A stretch of DNA of 64,000 nt, taken from contig CAWDUO010000005.1 of assembly GCA_963805475.1 (NCBI GenBank), positions 60,545 to 124,544 on the forward strand, in the 5' to 3' direction. The notes under the pieces were generated by a model that had not been told where the DNA came from, searched no databases, and was given only the letters and a program-made list of their open reading frames with translations. This document shows positions 8,156 through 16,505 of this stretch, piece after piece. Made by a program: the position numbers and the translations under genes. This DNA comes from an uncultured Solirubrobacterales bacterium. Its GTDB lineage: Bacteria; Actinomycetota; Thermoleophilia; Solirubrobacterales; 70-9. Numbering within the stretch: position 1 is the first letter of the stretch; each line of letters opens with the position of its first letter.

Positions 8156-9927
8156 AGCCGCTCGATCTCGGCCCGGTGCTTGTCGGCGACGACGGCGCGC
8201 TTGACCTTCAGCGTCGGCGTCAGCTCGCCGCTCTCCTGCGAGAGGTCGTGCGGCAGGATGGCGATCTTCTTGACCTGCTCGACGCGGGCGAACTTCTCGT
8301 TGACCTTCGCCAGGTGGGCCTCGATCGCCGCCCGCACCTCGGGGTTCGAGGCGAGCTGCGCCGGGTCCTCGGGCAGGCCGTGCTCGGAGGCGTAGGCGGC
8401 CGCTTCCTCGGGGTCGAGGGTGAGGAGGGCGACCAGGTAGGGACGGCGGTCGCCGACGACCACGCACTGGGAGACGAGCGGGTGCTGCTTGATCTCGCTC
8501 TCCAGGTTGGCCGGGGTGATGTTCTTGCCGCCGGCGGTGATGATGATGTCCTTCTTGCGGCCGGTGATGCTGATGAAGCCCTCGGCGTCGATCGTGCCGA
8601 GGTCGCCGGTGTGCAGCCAGCCGTCGACGATCGTCTCCCGCGTCGCCGCCTCGTTCTTGTAGTAGCCCTGGAAGACGTTGGGGCCCTTGACGAGGATCTC
8701 GCCGTCGTCGGCGATCCGCACCTCGCAGCCCGGGAAGGGCTTGCCGATCGTGCCGATCTTGAAGTCGTCGGGGGTGGAGATCGTCGCCGCGGTCGAGGTC
8801 TCGGTCATCCCCCAGCCCTCGAGCACGAGCACCCCGGCGGCGTCGAAGAAGCGCAGGATGTCGGGGCTGATCGGCGCCGCGCCGGAGACCGCGAGGCGCA
8901 GCTTGCCGCCGAACAGGTCGCGGATCTTCGACAGCACTTTCTTATCGGCGAAGGCGTAGGAGCGGCTGAGCAGGAAGCCGGGCCTGCGGCCGGCCCGCTC
9001 GGCCGCGCGCATCCTTTCGCCGCTGCGGATCGACCACTCGAAGATCGCCTTCTTGAGGCCGCCCTCCTTCTCCATCGCGCTCGTCGCGAGGGTGTAGATC
9101 TTCTCGAAGATGCGCGGCACCGAGGGGAAGTAGGTCGGCTTGACCTCGGCCAGGTTGGGCATGATCTTCAGCGGGTCGCGCTCCCAGTAGGCGAGCGTCG
9201 CGCCGAGGTCGAAGCTGCCGAGCTGGACCAGCAGGGCGAAGGAGTGGGCGAGGGGGAGGTAGAGGTAGGTGACGTCTTCGGGTTCGATGACGCTGGTCGA
9301 GTTGACCATGTCGAGCATCGCCCGGTAGTTGGCGTGGGTGATCACGCAGCCCTTCGGCGGGCCGGTCGTGCCCGAGGTGTAGATGAAGGTGCAGACGTCC
9401 TCGGGGGCGACGGCGCTCCACAGCCGCTCCCACTCGGCGGCCTCGCGGCCGCGGCCGCGCGCGGCGAGGTCCTCCAGCGAGACGGCGTCCTCGCTGGCGC
9501 CGCTCATCCGCACGACGTGCTCGAGCAGCGGCAGCCGCTCGCGCACGGCGCGGATCTTCTCGATCTGCTCGTCGTCCTCGACGACGACGACCTTGGAGTC
9601 GGAGTTCTCCAGCACGTACTGGCACTCCTCGGGGGAGTTGGTCTGGTAGATCGGCACGACCGTGGCGCCGATCGAGAGCGCGGCGAAGTCGCAGTAGGTC
9701 CACTCGGGGCGGGTGTTGGCGAGGATCGAGACCTTGTCGCCCCTGCCGACGCCGAGCGCGACCAGGCCGAGGGCGAGCTCGCGCACCGCCTCCTCGACCT
9801 CGGCGAAGCTGCGCTTGACCCAGGCGTCGCCCTGCTTGGACATCACCGCGGGCGCGTCGCCGTAGATCCGCGCGGCGCGCGGCAAGAGGTCGGCAAGCGT
9901 GGTCGAGTGTGTTCCCCGCTCCTCCAC
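8143..9927 (-). CDS. Long-chain fatty-acid--CoA ligase (AMP-dependent synthetase)
   Basis: 594-aa ORF with AMP-binding signature YTSGTTGPPKG and C-terminal GELTPTLKVKR. The 3' end overlaps the patatin gene 3' end by 13 nt. Confidence 0.9.
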   Translation of the reverse strand: MEERGTHSTTLADLLPRAARIYGDAPAVMSKQGDAWVKRSFAEVEEAVRELALGLVALGVGRGDKVSILANTRPEWTYCDFAALSIGATVVPIYQTNSPEECQYVLENSDSKVVVVEDDEQIEKIRAVRERLPLLEHVVRMSGASEDAVSLEDLAARGRGREAAEWERLWSAVAPEDVCTFIYTSGTTGPPKGCVITHANYRAMLDMVNSTSVIEPEDVTYLYLPLAHSFALLVQLGSFDLGATLAYWERDPLKIMPNLAEVKPTYFPSVPRIFEKIYTLATSAMEKEGGLKKAIFEWSIRSGERMRAAERAGRRPGFLLSRSYAFADKKVLSKIRDLFGGKLRLAVSGAAPISPDILRFFDAAGVLVLEGWGMTETSTAATISTPDDFKIGTIGKPFPGCEVRIADDGEILVKGPNVFQGYYKNEAATRETIVDGWLHTGDLGTIDAEGFISITGRKKDIIITAGGKNITPANLESEIKQHPLVSQCVVVGDRRPYLVALLTLDPEEAAAYASEHGLPEDPAQLASNPEVRAAIEAHLAKVNEKFARVEQVKKIAILPHDLSQESGELTPTLKVKRAVVADKHRAEIERLYAS

Positions 9928-9952
9928 TGCGGGGAGTCTATTTAATGAGGGA

Positions 9953-10705
9953 ATGACCGAAGCAGCCGACGAGGGAGCGCCGGAAGCGGCGGCGACGCCG
10001 ATCCCGCGCCGCGGCCGCGTCTGGGCGATCGTCCTGCTCGGGCTGGCGCTGTTCGGGCTCGGCTACGCGCTGGTGCAGATCTCGACCCGCAAGGCGGGCC
10101 GCCAGGCGATCCACGTCGAGGGCGCCGCCAACGCGCAGGAAATCTTCGGCGGGGTGGCGCAGGAAGAAGACCGGCTCGGCTCCTCCGGCGCGCCGGTCTC
10201 GATCCAGGTCTTCAACGACCTGCAGTGCGAAAACTGCCGCGAAGAGTTCCTCGCGACGATCCCGCCGCTGGTCGACTCCGACGTGCGCGAGGGGCGGGTG
10301 AAGCTCTTGATGCGCCACTACTCGGTCGCCGAAAACCCGCTGGAGAAGGGCTTCTTCGGCGCCGAAGCGGCGGCGCGGCAGGGCTACGGCTGGCAGTACA
10401 CCTACCTCTTCTTCCGCAACCAGGGCGAGGTCAAGCGGCTGGGCCGGGTCAGCGACGACTTCGAAAGCTCGCTGGCGGGGTCGATCGGCGAACTCGACGT
10501 CCCCGAATGGAAGGAATACCTGGACCGGCGCGGCGGCTCCGGCGGGGCGATCGCGAAGAAGCTGGAAGCCCAGGAAGAGCTGGGGACGCAGCTCGGCATC
10601 CGCACCGGCCAGGCGATGATCGTCAACGGGCCCGGCGGCACCCGCGCGCTCCAGGACGCGCCCTCGCTCGCCAGGATCGAACGGGCGATCGAAGCGGTGA
10701 GCTGA
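9953..10705 (+). CDS. Membrane-anchored DsbA-like thiol:disulfide oxidoreductase
   Basis: N-terminal TM helix (VWAIVLLGLALFGLGYALV) and thioredoxin-type CxxC (FNDLQCENCREEF). ATG at 9953 chosen inside a longer open frame. Confidence 0.7.
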   Translation: MTEAADEGAPEAAATPIPRRGRVWAIVLLGLALFGLGYALVQISTRKAGRQAIHVEGAANAQEIFGGVAQEEDRLGSSGAPVSIQVFNDLQCENCREEFLATIPPLVDSDVREGRVKLLMRHYSVAENPLEKGFFGAEAAARQGYGWQYTYLFFRNQGEVKRLGRVSDDFESSLAGSIGELDVPEWKEYLDRRGGSGGAIAKKLEAQEELGTQLGIRTGQAMIVNGPGGTRALQDAPSLARIERAIEAVS

Positions 10706-10729
10706 GCGGCCTCGTAGGATCCCGCGACG

Positions 10730-11149
10730 ATGAGCCCGCAACGGCCGCACACCGCGATCGTCACCTGCATGGACGCGCGGCTCGATGCGTTCCGGTTCTT
10801 CGACTCGTTCTCGGACGTGGTGCACGTGCTCCGCACCGCGGGCGGGCGGGTGACCGGGGACGTGATGCGCGGGCTGGCCGCCTCCTGCGCGATGGGGACC
10901 GAGCGGGTGATCGTGATGCACCACACCGACTGCGCGATGGCGGCGCACACCGACGAGCAGATCCGCGCGCTGCTGCCGCCGGGGCCGCAGCCGGAGATCG
11001 AGTTCCTGACGATCGGCGACCCGCTGGAGGCGCTGACCCGCGACGTGCACGCGGTGCGCGCCTCGACCCTGCTGCCGGAGGGGACCGAGGTGCGGGGGAT
11101 GGTCTTCGATCTGGAGACGGGCGAGGCGCGCGAGGTCGAGATCGCCGAG
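10730..11149 (+). CDS. Beta-class carbonic anhydrase (CanA/Rv1284-like) domain; no stop codon before the PdxH domain
   Basis: [10 protein letters not shown]...VLRTAGGRV...VMHHTDCAM...[15 protein letters not shown], the zinc-ligand pattern of small actinobacterial beta-CAs. The frame continues straight into PdxH. Confidence 0.75.
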
Positions 11150-11798
11150 GCGGTCGGCGACCTGGCGGAGATGCGCCGCGACTACAGCCGCGCCGCGCTC
11201 GACGAGGGCTGGCTGGCGGCGAGCTGGCTGGAGCAGTTCACGCTGTGGTTCGACGAGGCGCGGGCGAGCGAGGAGATCGTCGAGCCGAACGCGATGGTGG
11301 TCGCGACGGCGAGCGCCGAGGGGCGGCCCTCGGCGCGCACGGTGCTGCTCAAGGCGCTCGACGAGCGCGGCTTCGTCTTCAACACCAACCTGCGCTCGCG
11401 CAAGGGCCGCGAGGCGGCCGAAAACCCGTGGGGCTGCGCGGTCTTCCCCTGGCACCCGGTCGAGCGCCAGGTCGTCGCCGCCGGCCGGCTGGAGCCGGTC
11501 GAGGAGGCGGAGGCCGACGCCTACTTCGCCACGCGCCCCTACGGCGCGCGGATCAGCGCCCACGTCAGCCGCGCAGTCGGAGCCGGTGGGCGGCCGGGCG
11601 GAGCTGGAGAAGGCGCACGCCGAGCTGGAAGCGCGCTACCCGCCCGAGGGCGAGGTGCCCCGCCCGCCGCACTGGGGCGGCCTGCGCCTCGTCCCGGAGA
11701 CGGTCGAGCTCTGGCAGGGCCGCCCCAACCGCCTCCACGACCGCCTGCGCTTCAGGCGCGAGGGGGAGGGGTGGACGGTCGAGCGCCTGGCCCCGTAA
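11150..11798 (+). CDS. pdxH: Pyridoxamine 5'-phosphate oxidase PdxH, in frame with the upstream CA domain; apparent +1 frameshift at 11570-11574
   Basis: LAEMRRDY...[42 protein letters not shown]...[10 protein letters not shown] in one frame. The C-terminus [34 protein letters not shown]...ERLAP is in the next frame. Confidence 0.8.
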
Positions 11799-11817
11799 GC
11801 GAGGCCAAGAACCACCT

Positions 11818-11862
11818 CGCGTTCGCCTTTTGTCGGGCTCAGTCCGACAAAAGGCGAACGCG
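11818..11862. repeat. Family-C palindromic element (perfect 18-19-bp arms)
   Basis: GCGTTCGCCTTTTGTCGG (11819-11836), 7-nt loop, CCGACAAAAGGCGAACGC (11844-11861). Related copies at 37938-37980 and 54782-54824. Confidence 0.85.
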
Positions 11863-11880
11863 CGGGCGATACGTGGGGCA

Positions 11881-11908
11881 TTAGACGATTAAACGCTTAA
11901 TCGTCTAA
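11881..11908. repeat. A+T-rich 12-bp perfect inverted repeat
   Basis: TTAGACGATTAA-acgc-TTAATCGTCTAA, between family-C copy 1 and the cupin gene stop. Confidence 0.6.
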
Positions 11909-11928
11909 ACGGAATTCCGTCTCAACGA

Positions 11929-12306
11929 TCAAGCCCTACGGTGTTTGGCGCGCTCTCGCGCCCCGGCCTTCTGCTCGAGCGTCATCGCGCCTGGATGGCC
12001 GTCGCCGGGCCATGGGGTGAGGATCAGCAAAAGGCGGGCATCGGACCGAGCGGCAATCGTGTGACGCTCGGCCGGGTCGAACTCGAAGAGGTGGCCGGCG
12101 CTTGCCGTGACAGTCTCCTCACCGGGGACGGTGACGTCGACCCCGCCGTCGATGACGACCACCCGTGCGCGCTCGTGCACCTCGTGCTCCCGCATCTCCT
12201 CCCCGGTCGGAAGATGCAGCACGATGGTCCGCGCATCCTCGGCCGAGGCGAGGATCTGCGGCTGGTGCGGCTCCGCTTCGACTGCCTTCAGGTCCCAACT
12301 CTGCAT
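11929..12306 (-). CDS. Cupin domain protein
   Basis: 125-aa ORF with a cupin-like beta-barrel core (HEVHERARVVVIDGGVDVTV...GHLFEFDPAERHTIAA). Confidence 0.6.
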   Translation of the reverse strand: MQSWDLKAVEAEPHQPQILASAEDARTIVLHLPTGEEMREHEVHERARVVVIDGGVDVTVPGEETVTASAGHLFEFDPAERHTIAARSDARLLLILTPWPGDGHPGAMTLEQKAGARERAKHRRA

Positions 12307-12381
12307 CCTCTGCCTCCGTTTGCCTCGAAACCGATCCGTTCATGCTAAAGGCCGACGGGGCCGAGTGATGAGGGGGCTGCA

Positions 12382-12774
12382 TCAAGCGGCGGCGAGTTCT
12401 GGCGCGGGTGCGACTTCGCGTTCTGCCTCCCCGTCGGGGACTTGACGCTCGATACCAATCAGCAGCTCCTCGTCCAGCACCGCAAGGATGCGCTTCAACA
12501 CGGGGATCGTCGGCATGTGATCGCCGCCCTCGACTTTCGAGATGAAGGAGTGTGAGGTGCCCGCTCGCTCGGCGACCTCTTTCTGGCTCAGGTCAAGCTC
12601 GTAGCGCCGCTCACGGATATGGGCGGCGATCCAGTTCCGCTCGCGCAGCTCGCGGATCGCCGCGTACTCATCGCGAGCCTCTCGGTACTGATCGCTGCGC
12701 CCGGAGCGATTCTGTGCCGCCTCGACGGCGTTCCTGCCCTTTGGGCTGATGCGGCCATTCTCTTTCGCGCTCAT
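12382..12774 (-). CDS. XRE-family HTH protein, probable antitoxin (HigA-like)
   Basis: HTH LSQKEVAERAGTSHSFISKVEGG. Lies 30 bp downstream of a Gp49/HigB-like toxin gene on the same strand. Confidence 0.8.
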   Translation of the reverse strand: MSAKENGRISPKGRNAVEAAQNRSGRSDQYREARDEYAAIRELRERNWIAAHIRERRYELDLSQKEVAERAGTSHSFISKVEGGDHMPTIPVLKRILAVLDEELLIGIERQVPDGEAEREVAPAPELAAA

Positions 12775-12782
12775 GACGCTAG

Positions 12783-12800
12783 TTTATCTATATAGATAAA
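12783..12800. promoter_or_regulatory. 18-bp perfect A+T palindrome, candidate operator/internal promoter of the toxin-antitoxin pair
   Basis: TTTATCTATATAGATAAA fills most of the 30-bp spacer between the toxin stop (12805) and the antitoxin start (12774). Confidence 0.45.
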
Positions 12801-12804
12801 TGGG

Positions 12805-13269
12805 TCAAGTGGCTCGCTTTCGCCTGCTCAGCGGCGCGTCCTTGCCCGCGGCGCGCGGAGGTTTCCTTGGCGTGGCGTCCATTCGCCGCTTAAAGTCAAC
12901 CATCCGTCGCTTCGCCAAAGCCTTCTCCGAGGGGGGCACCGCCCCGGCGTTCTTCTCGAAGGCGTGCAGCAGGACGATCAGGTTCCCGGACCGCTGATAG
13001 AGGACCCGGTACCGCGTGTTGGCGAACCTGATTCTCAGCTCGCGCAGCTCGCCCTCGATCTGTGAGCTGACGGGGAACTCGGGCGGCGGTGCGTGCGGCG
13101 CCTGCCCGTTCAGATGCTCTTCGATATGGGCGTCGATCTTCGCTGCCCGTTTGGCGGGAAGCGCCTCGATGAACTCGTTCGCGGGCTCGCCCCCGCGCTT
13201 GTCGCGATAGTAGACGGCTTGCGTTCTGGCCACGAGGCGAGCATTGCAGACAACCCGGCGCGGCCTCAC
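12805..13269 (-). CDS. Phage Gp49-like / HigB-type toxin (RelE/ParE superfamily)
   Basis: AVYYRDKRGGEPANEFIEALP...LRELRIRFANTRYRVLYQRSGNLIVLLHAFEKNAG matches the Gp49-like (DUF891) pattern. GTG at 13233 is an alternative start. Confidence 0.75.
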   Translation of the reverse strand: MRPRRVVCNARLVARTQAVYYRDKRGGEPANEFIEALPAKRAAKIDAHIEEHLNGQAPHAPPPEFPVSSQIEGELRELRIRFANTRYRVLYQRSGNLIVLLHAFEKNAGAVPPSEKALAKRRMVDFKRRMDATPRKPPRAAGKDAPLSRRKRAT

Positions 13270-13479
13270 TTTTCCCCCTCGCGCAGAACTCTCCAGTCAA
13301 TCCGACGTACCGGCTTCACTATGGGCATGTCGCCGAGCATGCAGGCAAGCCGCAGCGCCGTGAGCGCATACTTGCCGCCAACTTTGCGCTCCGGACCCGA
13401 ACTCCTAAGGAAGATCGCAGCCGAACAAGGGCCGTGGGCCGTTTAACGGCCGTGGGCCGTTTTCCACGCTCTCGACGGA

Positions 13480-13920
13480 TTGAGCGTGCCAGCCCTTGAG
13501 AACACCGCCGAATGGCATTTTCACCAGGGGAATCCGTGCGCGTTTCCCAAGCCAGAGGCGGCCGAGTATCTCGATACCGAGCATCCCCTCGCCGGCGAAC
13601 GGCTACGACAGAAACCGCACGCGGTCGCCCAACTGCGCGACCTGACTGCCGCTGTCTGGCTGGACGTCGGCGAGGCACGCCTACTACGGCGGGGCGGTCC
13701 CCGTCGACCTGCGCTCCGAGCAGGACCGGCTCGCCACCGACCTCTTGGCCGATTGCCAGCGGGCCTATCTGGCGGCACCGGGGCATCTGCGCCGCCAGTG
13801 GAACCAGGCGCTCTTCGAGCGGCTGGTCGTCCACGACGACGACATCGAAGCGACCGAGATCGCCGAGCCGTTCGCCACGCTGGTCGATCCGGAACCTCCG
13901 GCTCGGCTGGGTCGTGAGGC
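13480..13920 (+). pseudogene. Remnant of a large serine recombinase (C-terminal part only; fragments in more than one frame)
   Basis: From 13682: YYGGAVPVDLRSEQDRLATDLLADCQRAYLAAPGHLRRQWNQALFERLVVHDDDIEATEIAEPFATLVDPE resembles the conserved C-terminal tail of actinobacterial serine recombinases. No catalytic N-terminal domain is present. Confidence 0.45.
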
Positions 13921-13929
13921 CGTCACGCA

Positions 13930-13955
13930 AACCGCCGCTTCTTCTGGCGGCGGTT
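13930..13955 (-). terminator. Hairpin downstream of tRNA-Pro
   Basis: AACCGCCGC (13930-13938), 8-nt loop, GCGGCGGTT (13947-13955), 19 nt past the tRNA 3' end. Only a short T run follows. Confidence 0.35.
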
Positions 13956-13973
13956 CAAATGAGGGTCTTTTAG

Positions 13974-14047
13974 TCGGGGCGCCCGGATTTGAACCGGGGA
14001 CCTCACCGACCCGAACGGTGCGCGCTACCAGGCTGCGCCACGCCCCG
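13974..14047 (-). tRNA. tRNA-Pro (anticodon CGG)
   Basis: The reverse complement reads CGGGGCG-TG-GCGC-AGCCTGGTA-GCGC-G-CACCG-TTCGGGT-CGGTG-AGGTC-CCCGG-TTCAAAT-CCGGG-CGCCCCG-A. Full cloverleaf, 74 nt, CCA not encoded. Confidence 0.93.
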
Positions 14048-14134
14048 AAGGGGGCGATTATCTCAGAGCGGCGGGGCGGGGGCGGTTCCGGCTCTTGCGC
14101 CGCCGGCGTCCTCTCGATGCGGGAGCGGCCTGCG

Positions 14135-14874
14135 TCAGCCGCCGGCCTGGGCGGAGACCCAGGGGGCCACCAGCGAGAGCGTCGCGAGGGCGACGAGAAG
14201 GCCGGCGAGCAGGGAGGCGGCGAGGAGGCTCGCGCGCAGGCCGGAGCCGGCCAGCGCGGCCTCGCGGCCGCCGGCGCGGCGCCAGTCGGAGCGGCGCCGG
14301 CGCGGCGCCAGTCGGGCGCCGCCAGGCGGGGCAGCTCGAGCACGTGGCCGAGCACGTGGACCGTCATCAGCGCGAACCAGGCGACGAAGCTCGCCTTGTG
14401 CAGGAAGACGACGGTGTCGTTCTTCGGCCCTTCGACCAGCAGCCAGACGCCGGTGGCGAAGAGGGCGAAGGTGGTCGCGACGACCCCGGGGGCGAGCAGG
14501 CGCATCGCCAGCGGCGGCGGGCCCTTGCGCCGGTAGGGCGGGGCGCCTGTGTAGTAGCGGGCGAAGCGGTAGCCGGTGCTGGCCAGCTTCAGCAGGACAG
14601 GGGGGATCAGCAGCATGCCGATGAAGATGTGCGGGCCGACGAGTCGCCCGATCAGGGGGATCGTCGCCCCCTCGAGCGCCAGCAGGACGAGCAGCAGCGC
14701 CGCCGCGCCGCCGGTCAGGCGAGCGTTGCCGGCGACGCCGCCCCCTGCCGCGGGCCGCACAGAGGGCCGCATCGCGGGGATTGCCTGCTCGGTCTGCATC
14801 GTTCGGCACCCTGCCGGCCGAGGCTCACCGCTTCCTAAGCGCCCGGTGAGAGACCTCTCACGCGCCGCGCTCAC
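14135..14874 (-). pseudogene. Integral membrane protein of unknown function, frame broken by a 26-bp tandem duplication
   Basis: GTG 14874 overlaps the kinase stop (GTGA); an alternative ATG is at 14799. TM-rich sequence up to HVLELPRLAAPDWRRAG. The repeat copy of DWRRAG in the other frame leads to GREAALAGSGLRASLLAASLLAGLLVALATLSLVAPWVSAQAGG*. Confidence 0.6.
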
Positions 14875-15809
14875 GCGCTCCCGGGCCGGAAGCCGCCGAG
14901 CTCGAAGGCGACGCGGGCCCCGCCGAGCGGCGAGGCCTCGGCCCAGATGCGGCCGCCGTGCAGCTCGACGATCTCGCGCGCGATCGCCAGCCCCAGGCCG
15001 GCGCCGCCGGAGCGGCGGTCGCGGGCGGCCTCGCTGCGGTGGAAGCGGTCGAAGACGCGCTCGCGCTCGGCCGGCGGGATGCCGGGCCCGTCGTCGTCGA
15101 CGCGGATCGTCAGCCGCGAGCCGCGCGCGACCGCGCTGAGCGCGACCCGCCCCGCCGGGCCGGCGTGGCGGCTGGCGTTGGCGAGCAGGTTGCGCAGCAC
15201 CCGGGTCAGCGCCTCGGGGTCGGCGCGCAGCGTTCCCCCGGCCAGCTCGCCCAGCTCGACGCCGCCGAGCGCCCGGTCGTCGGCGAGCCGCTCGAGGAAG
15301 CCCGGCAGCGCGACCGGCGCCGGGCGCAGGCGGGCGTCCTCCTCCAGCCGCGCCAGCGCCAGCATGTCCTCGACGAGGCGTTCGATCCGGGCGATCTCGG
15401 TCAGCGCGACGCGCTCGAGGTGGCGCACTTCGGCCGGCTCGGGCTCGGTCCGGCCGGCGAGCACTTCGAGCTGGCCGCGGATCGCCGTCAGCGGCGTGCG
15501 CAGCTCGTGCGAGGCGTCGGAGACGAAGCGCCGCTGGCGCGCCAGCGCCTCGTCGAGGCGGCTGAAGCGCCGCTCGAAGGCGGCGGCGACGAGGTAGCCG
15601 GCGAGCAGCGCCCCGGCCAGCGCGACGGCGCCGGTGACGAGCACCGTGCGCTCGACCTCGCTCTGCGTGTCGCGCGCCACCCAGCCGCGCTCGTCGTGCA
15701 GCTCGACCCTGATCGCGGCGAGCGCGCCGGCGAAGGCGGCGACGACGATCGCGCCGATCGCCAGCGCCAGGCGGGCGCGCAGCCCGAGCCGCGACCAGGC
15801 CCGCCTCAC
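14871..15809 (-). CDS. Sensor histidine kinase
   Basis: Two N-terminal TM helices, H-box FVSDASHELRTPLTAI, and HATPase N/G boxes (LRNLLANASRH, DDGPGI, GGAGLGLAIA). Overlaps the regulator gene by 4 nt. Confidence 0.9.
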   Translation of the reverse strand: MRRAWSRLGLRARLALAIGAIVVAAFAGALAAIRVELHDERGWVARDTQSEVERTVLVTGAVALAGALLAGYLVAAAFERRFSRLDEALARQRRFVSDASHELRTPLTAIRGQLEVLAGRTEPEPAEVRHLERVALTEIARIERLVEDMLALARLEEDARLRPAPVALPGFLERLADDRALGGVELGELAGGTLRADPEALTRVLRNLLANASRHAGPAGRVALSAVARGSRLTIRVDDDGPGIPPAERERVFDRFHRSEAARDRRSGGAGLGLAIAREIVELHGGRIWAEASPLGGARVAFELGGFRPGSA

Positions 15810-16480
15810 GCGCCGTCCACCAGCCGGTAGCCGGCGGCGCGCACGGTCTCGATCGGCGCCGGCGCGCCGAGCCCGGCGAGCCGGCGGCGCAGGTAGCCGA
15901 TGTAGACCTGGACGATGTTGGTGCCGGGGTCGTGGTCGTAGCGCCAGACCGAGGCGAGGATCTCCGCCCGCGTGCAGACCTGGCCGGGACGGCGCATCAG
16001 GTAGGCGAGCAGCTCGGCCTCGCGCTCGGGCAGGCGCGCCGAGCGGCCGTCGCGCTCGACCCGGCGGGCGAGCAGGTCGAGCCGCAGCCCCGCGGCCTCG
16101 AGCACGGTCGGCGCCTCGGCGGCCGGCTGGCGCAGCCGCGCCCGCACCCGGGCGAGCAGCTCGGGGAAGGCGAAGGGCTTGGTCATGTAGTCGGTGGCGC
16201 CGCGGTCGAGGCCCTCGACCCGGTCGGCGACCTCGCCGCGGGCGGTCAGCAGGATCACCGGCAGCGCCGGCTTGGCGGCGCGGATCGCCTCCAGCACCGC
16301 GAGCCCGTCGCGACCCGGCAGCATGCGGTCGAGGACGACGAGGTCGAAGTCCTCGCCGAGCGCCAGCCGCTCGCCCTCGACGCCGTCGGCGGCGACGGCC
16401 GCCTCGTAGCCCTCGGCCGCGAGCCCGCGGCTGAGGAAGTCGGCGATCGCCGGCTCGTCCTCGACGACCAGGAGCTTCAT
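15806..16480 (-). CDS. OmpR-family response regulator
   Basis: MKLLVVEDEP...LVVLDRMLPGRDG receiver domain plus a winged-helix output domain (VETVRAAGYRL). Confidence 0.93.
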   Translation of the reverse strand: MKLLVVEDEPAIADFLSRGLAAEGYEAAVAADGVEGERLALGEDFDLVVLDRMLPGRDGLAVLEAIRAAKPALPVILLTARGEVADRVEGLDRGATDYMTKPFAFPELLARVRARLRQPAAEAPTVLEAAGLRLDLLARRVERDGRSARLPEREAELLAYLMRRPGQVCTRAEILASVWRYDHDPGTNIVQVYIGYLRRRLAGLGAPAPIETVRAAGYRLVDGA

Positions 16481-16505
16481 CGGGGCCGATGCTACTCGGA
16501 GCGCC

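Noticed and set aside
11560-11580. Programmed ribosomal frameshifting as the explanation for the split genes (the same question applies at 27916, 31605-31650, 60135 and 62140).
   Set aside because: I could see no slippery heptamer, no conserved stimulatory structure and no known precedent in these gene families. The sites share no common sequence context.
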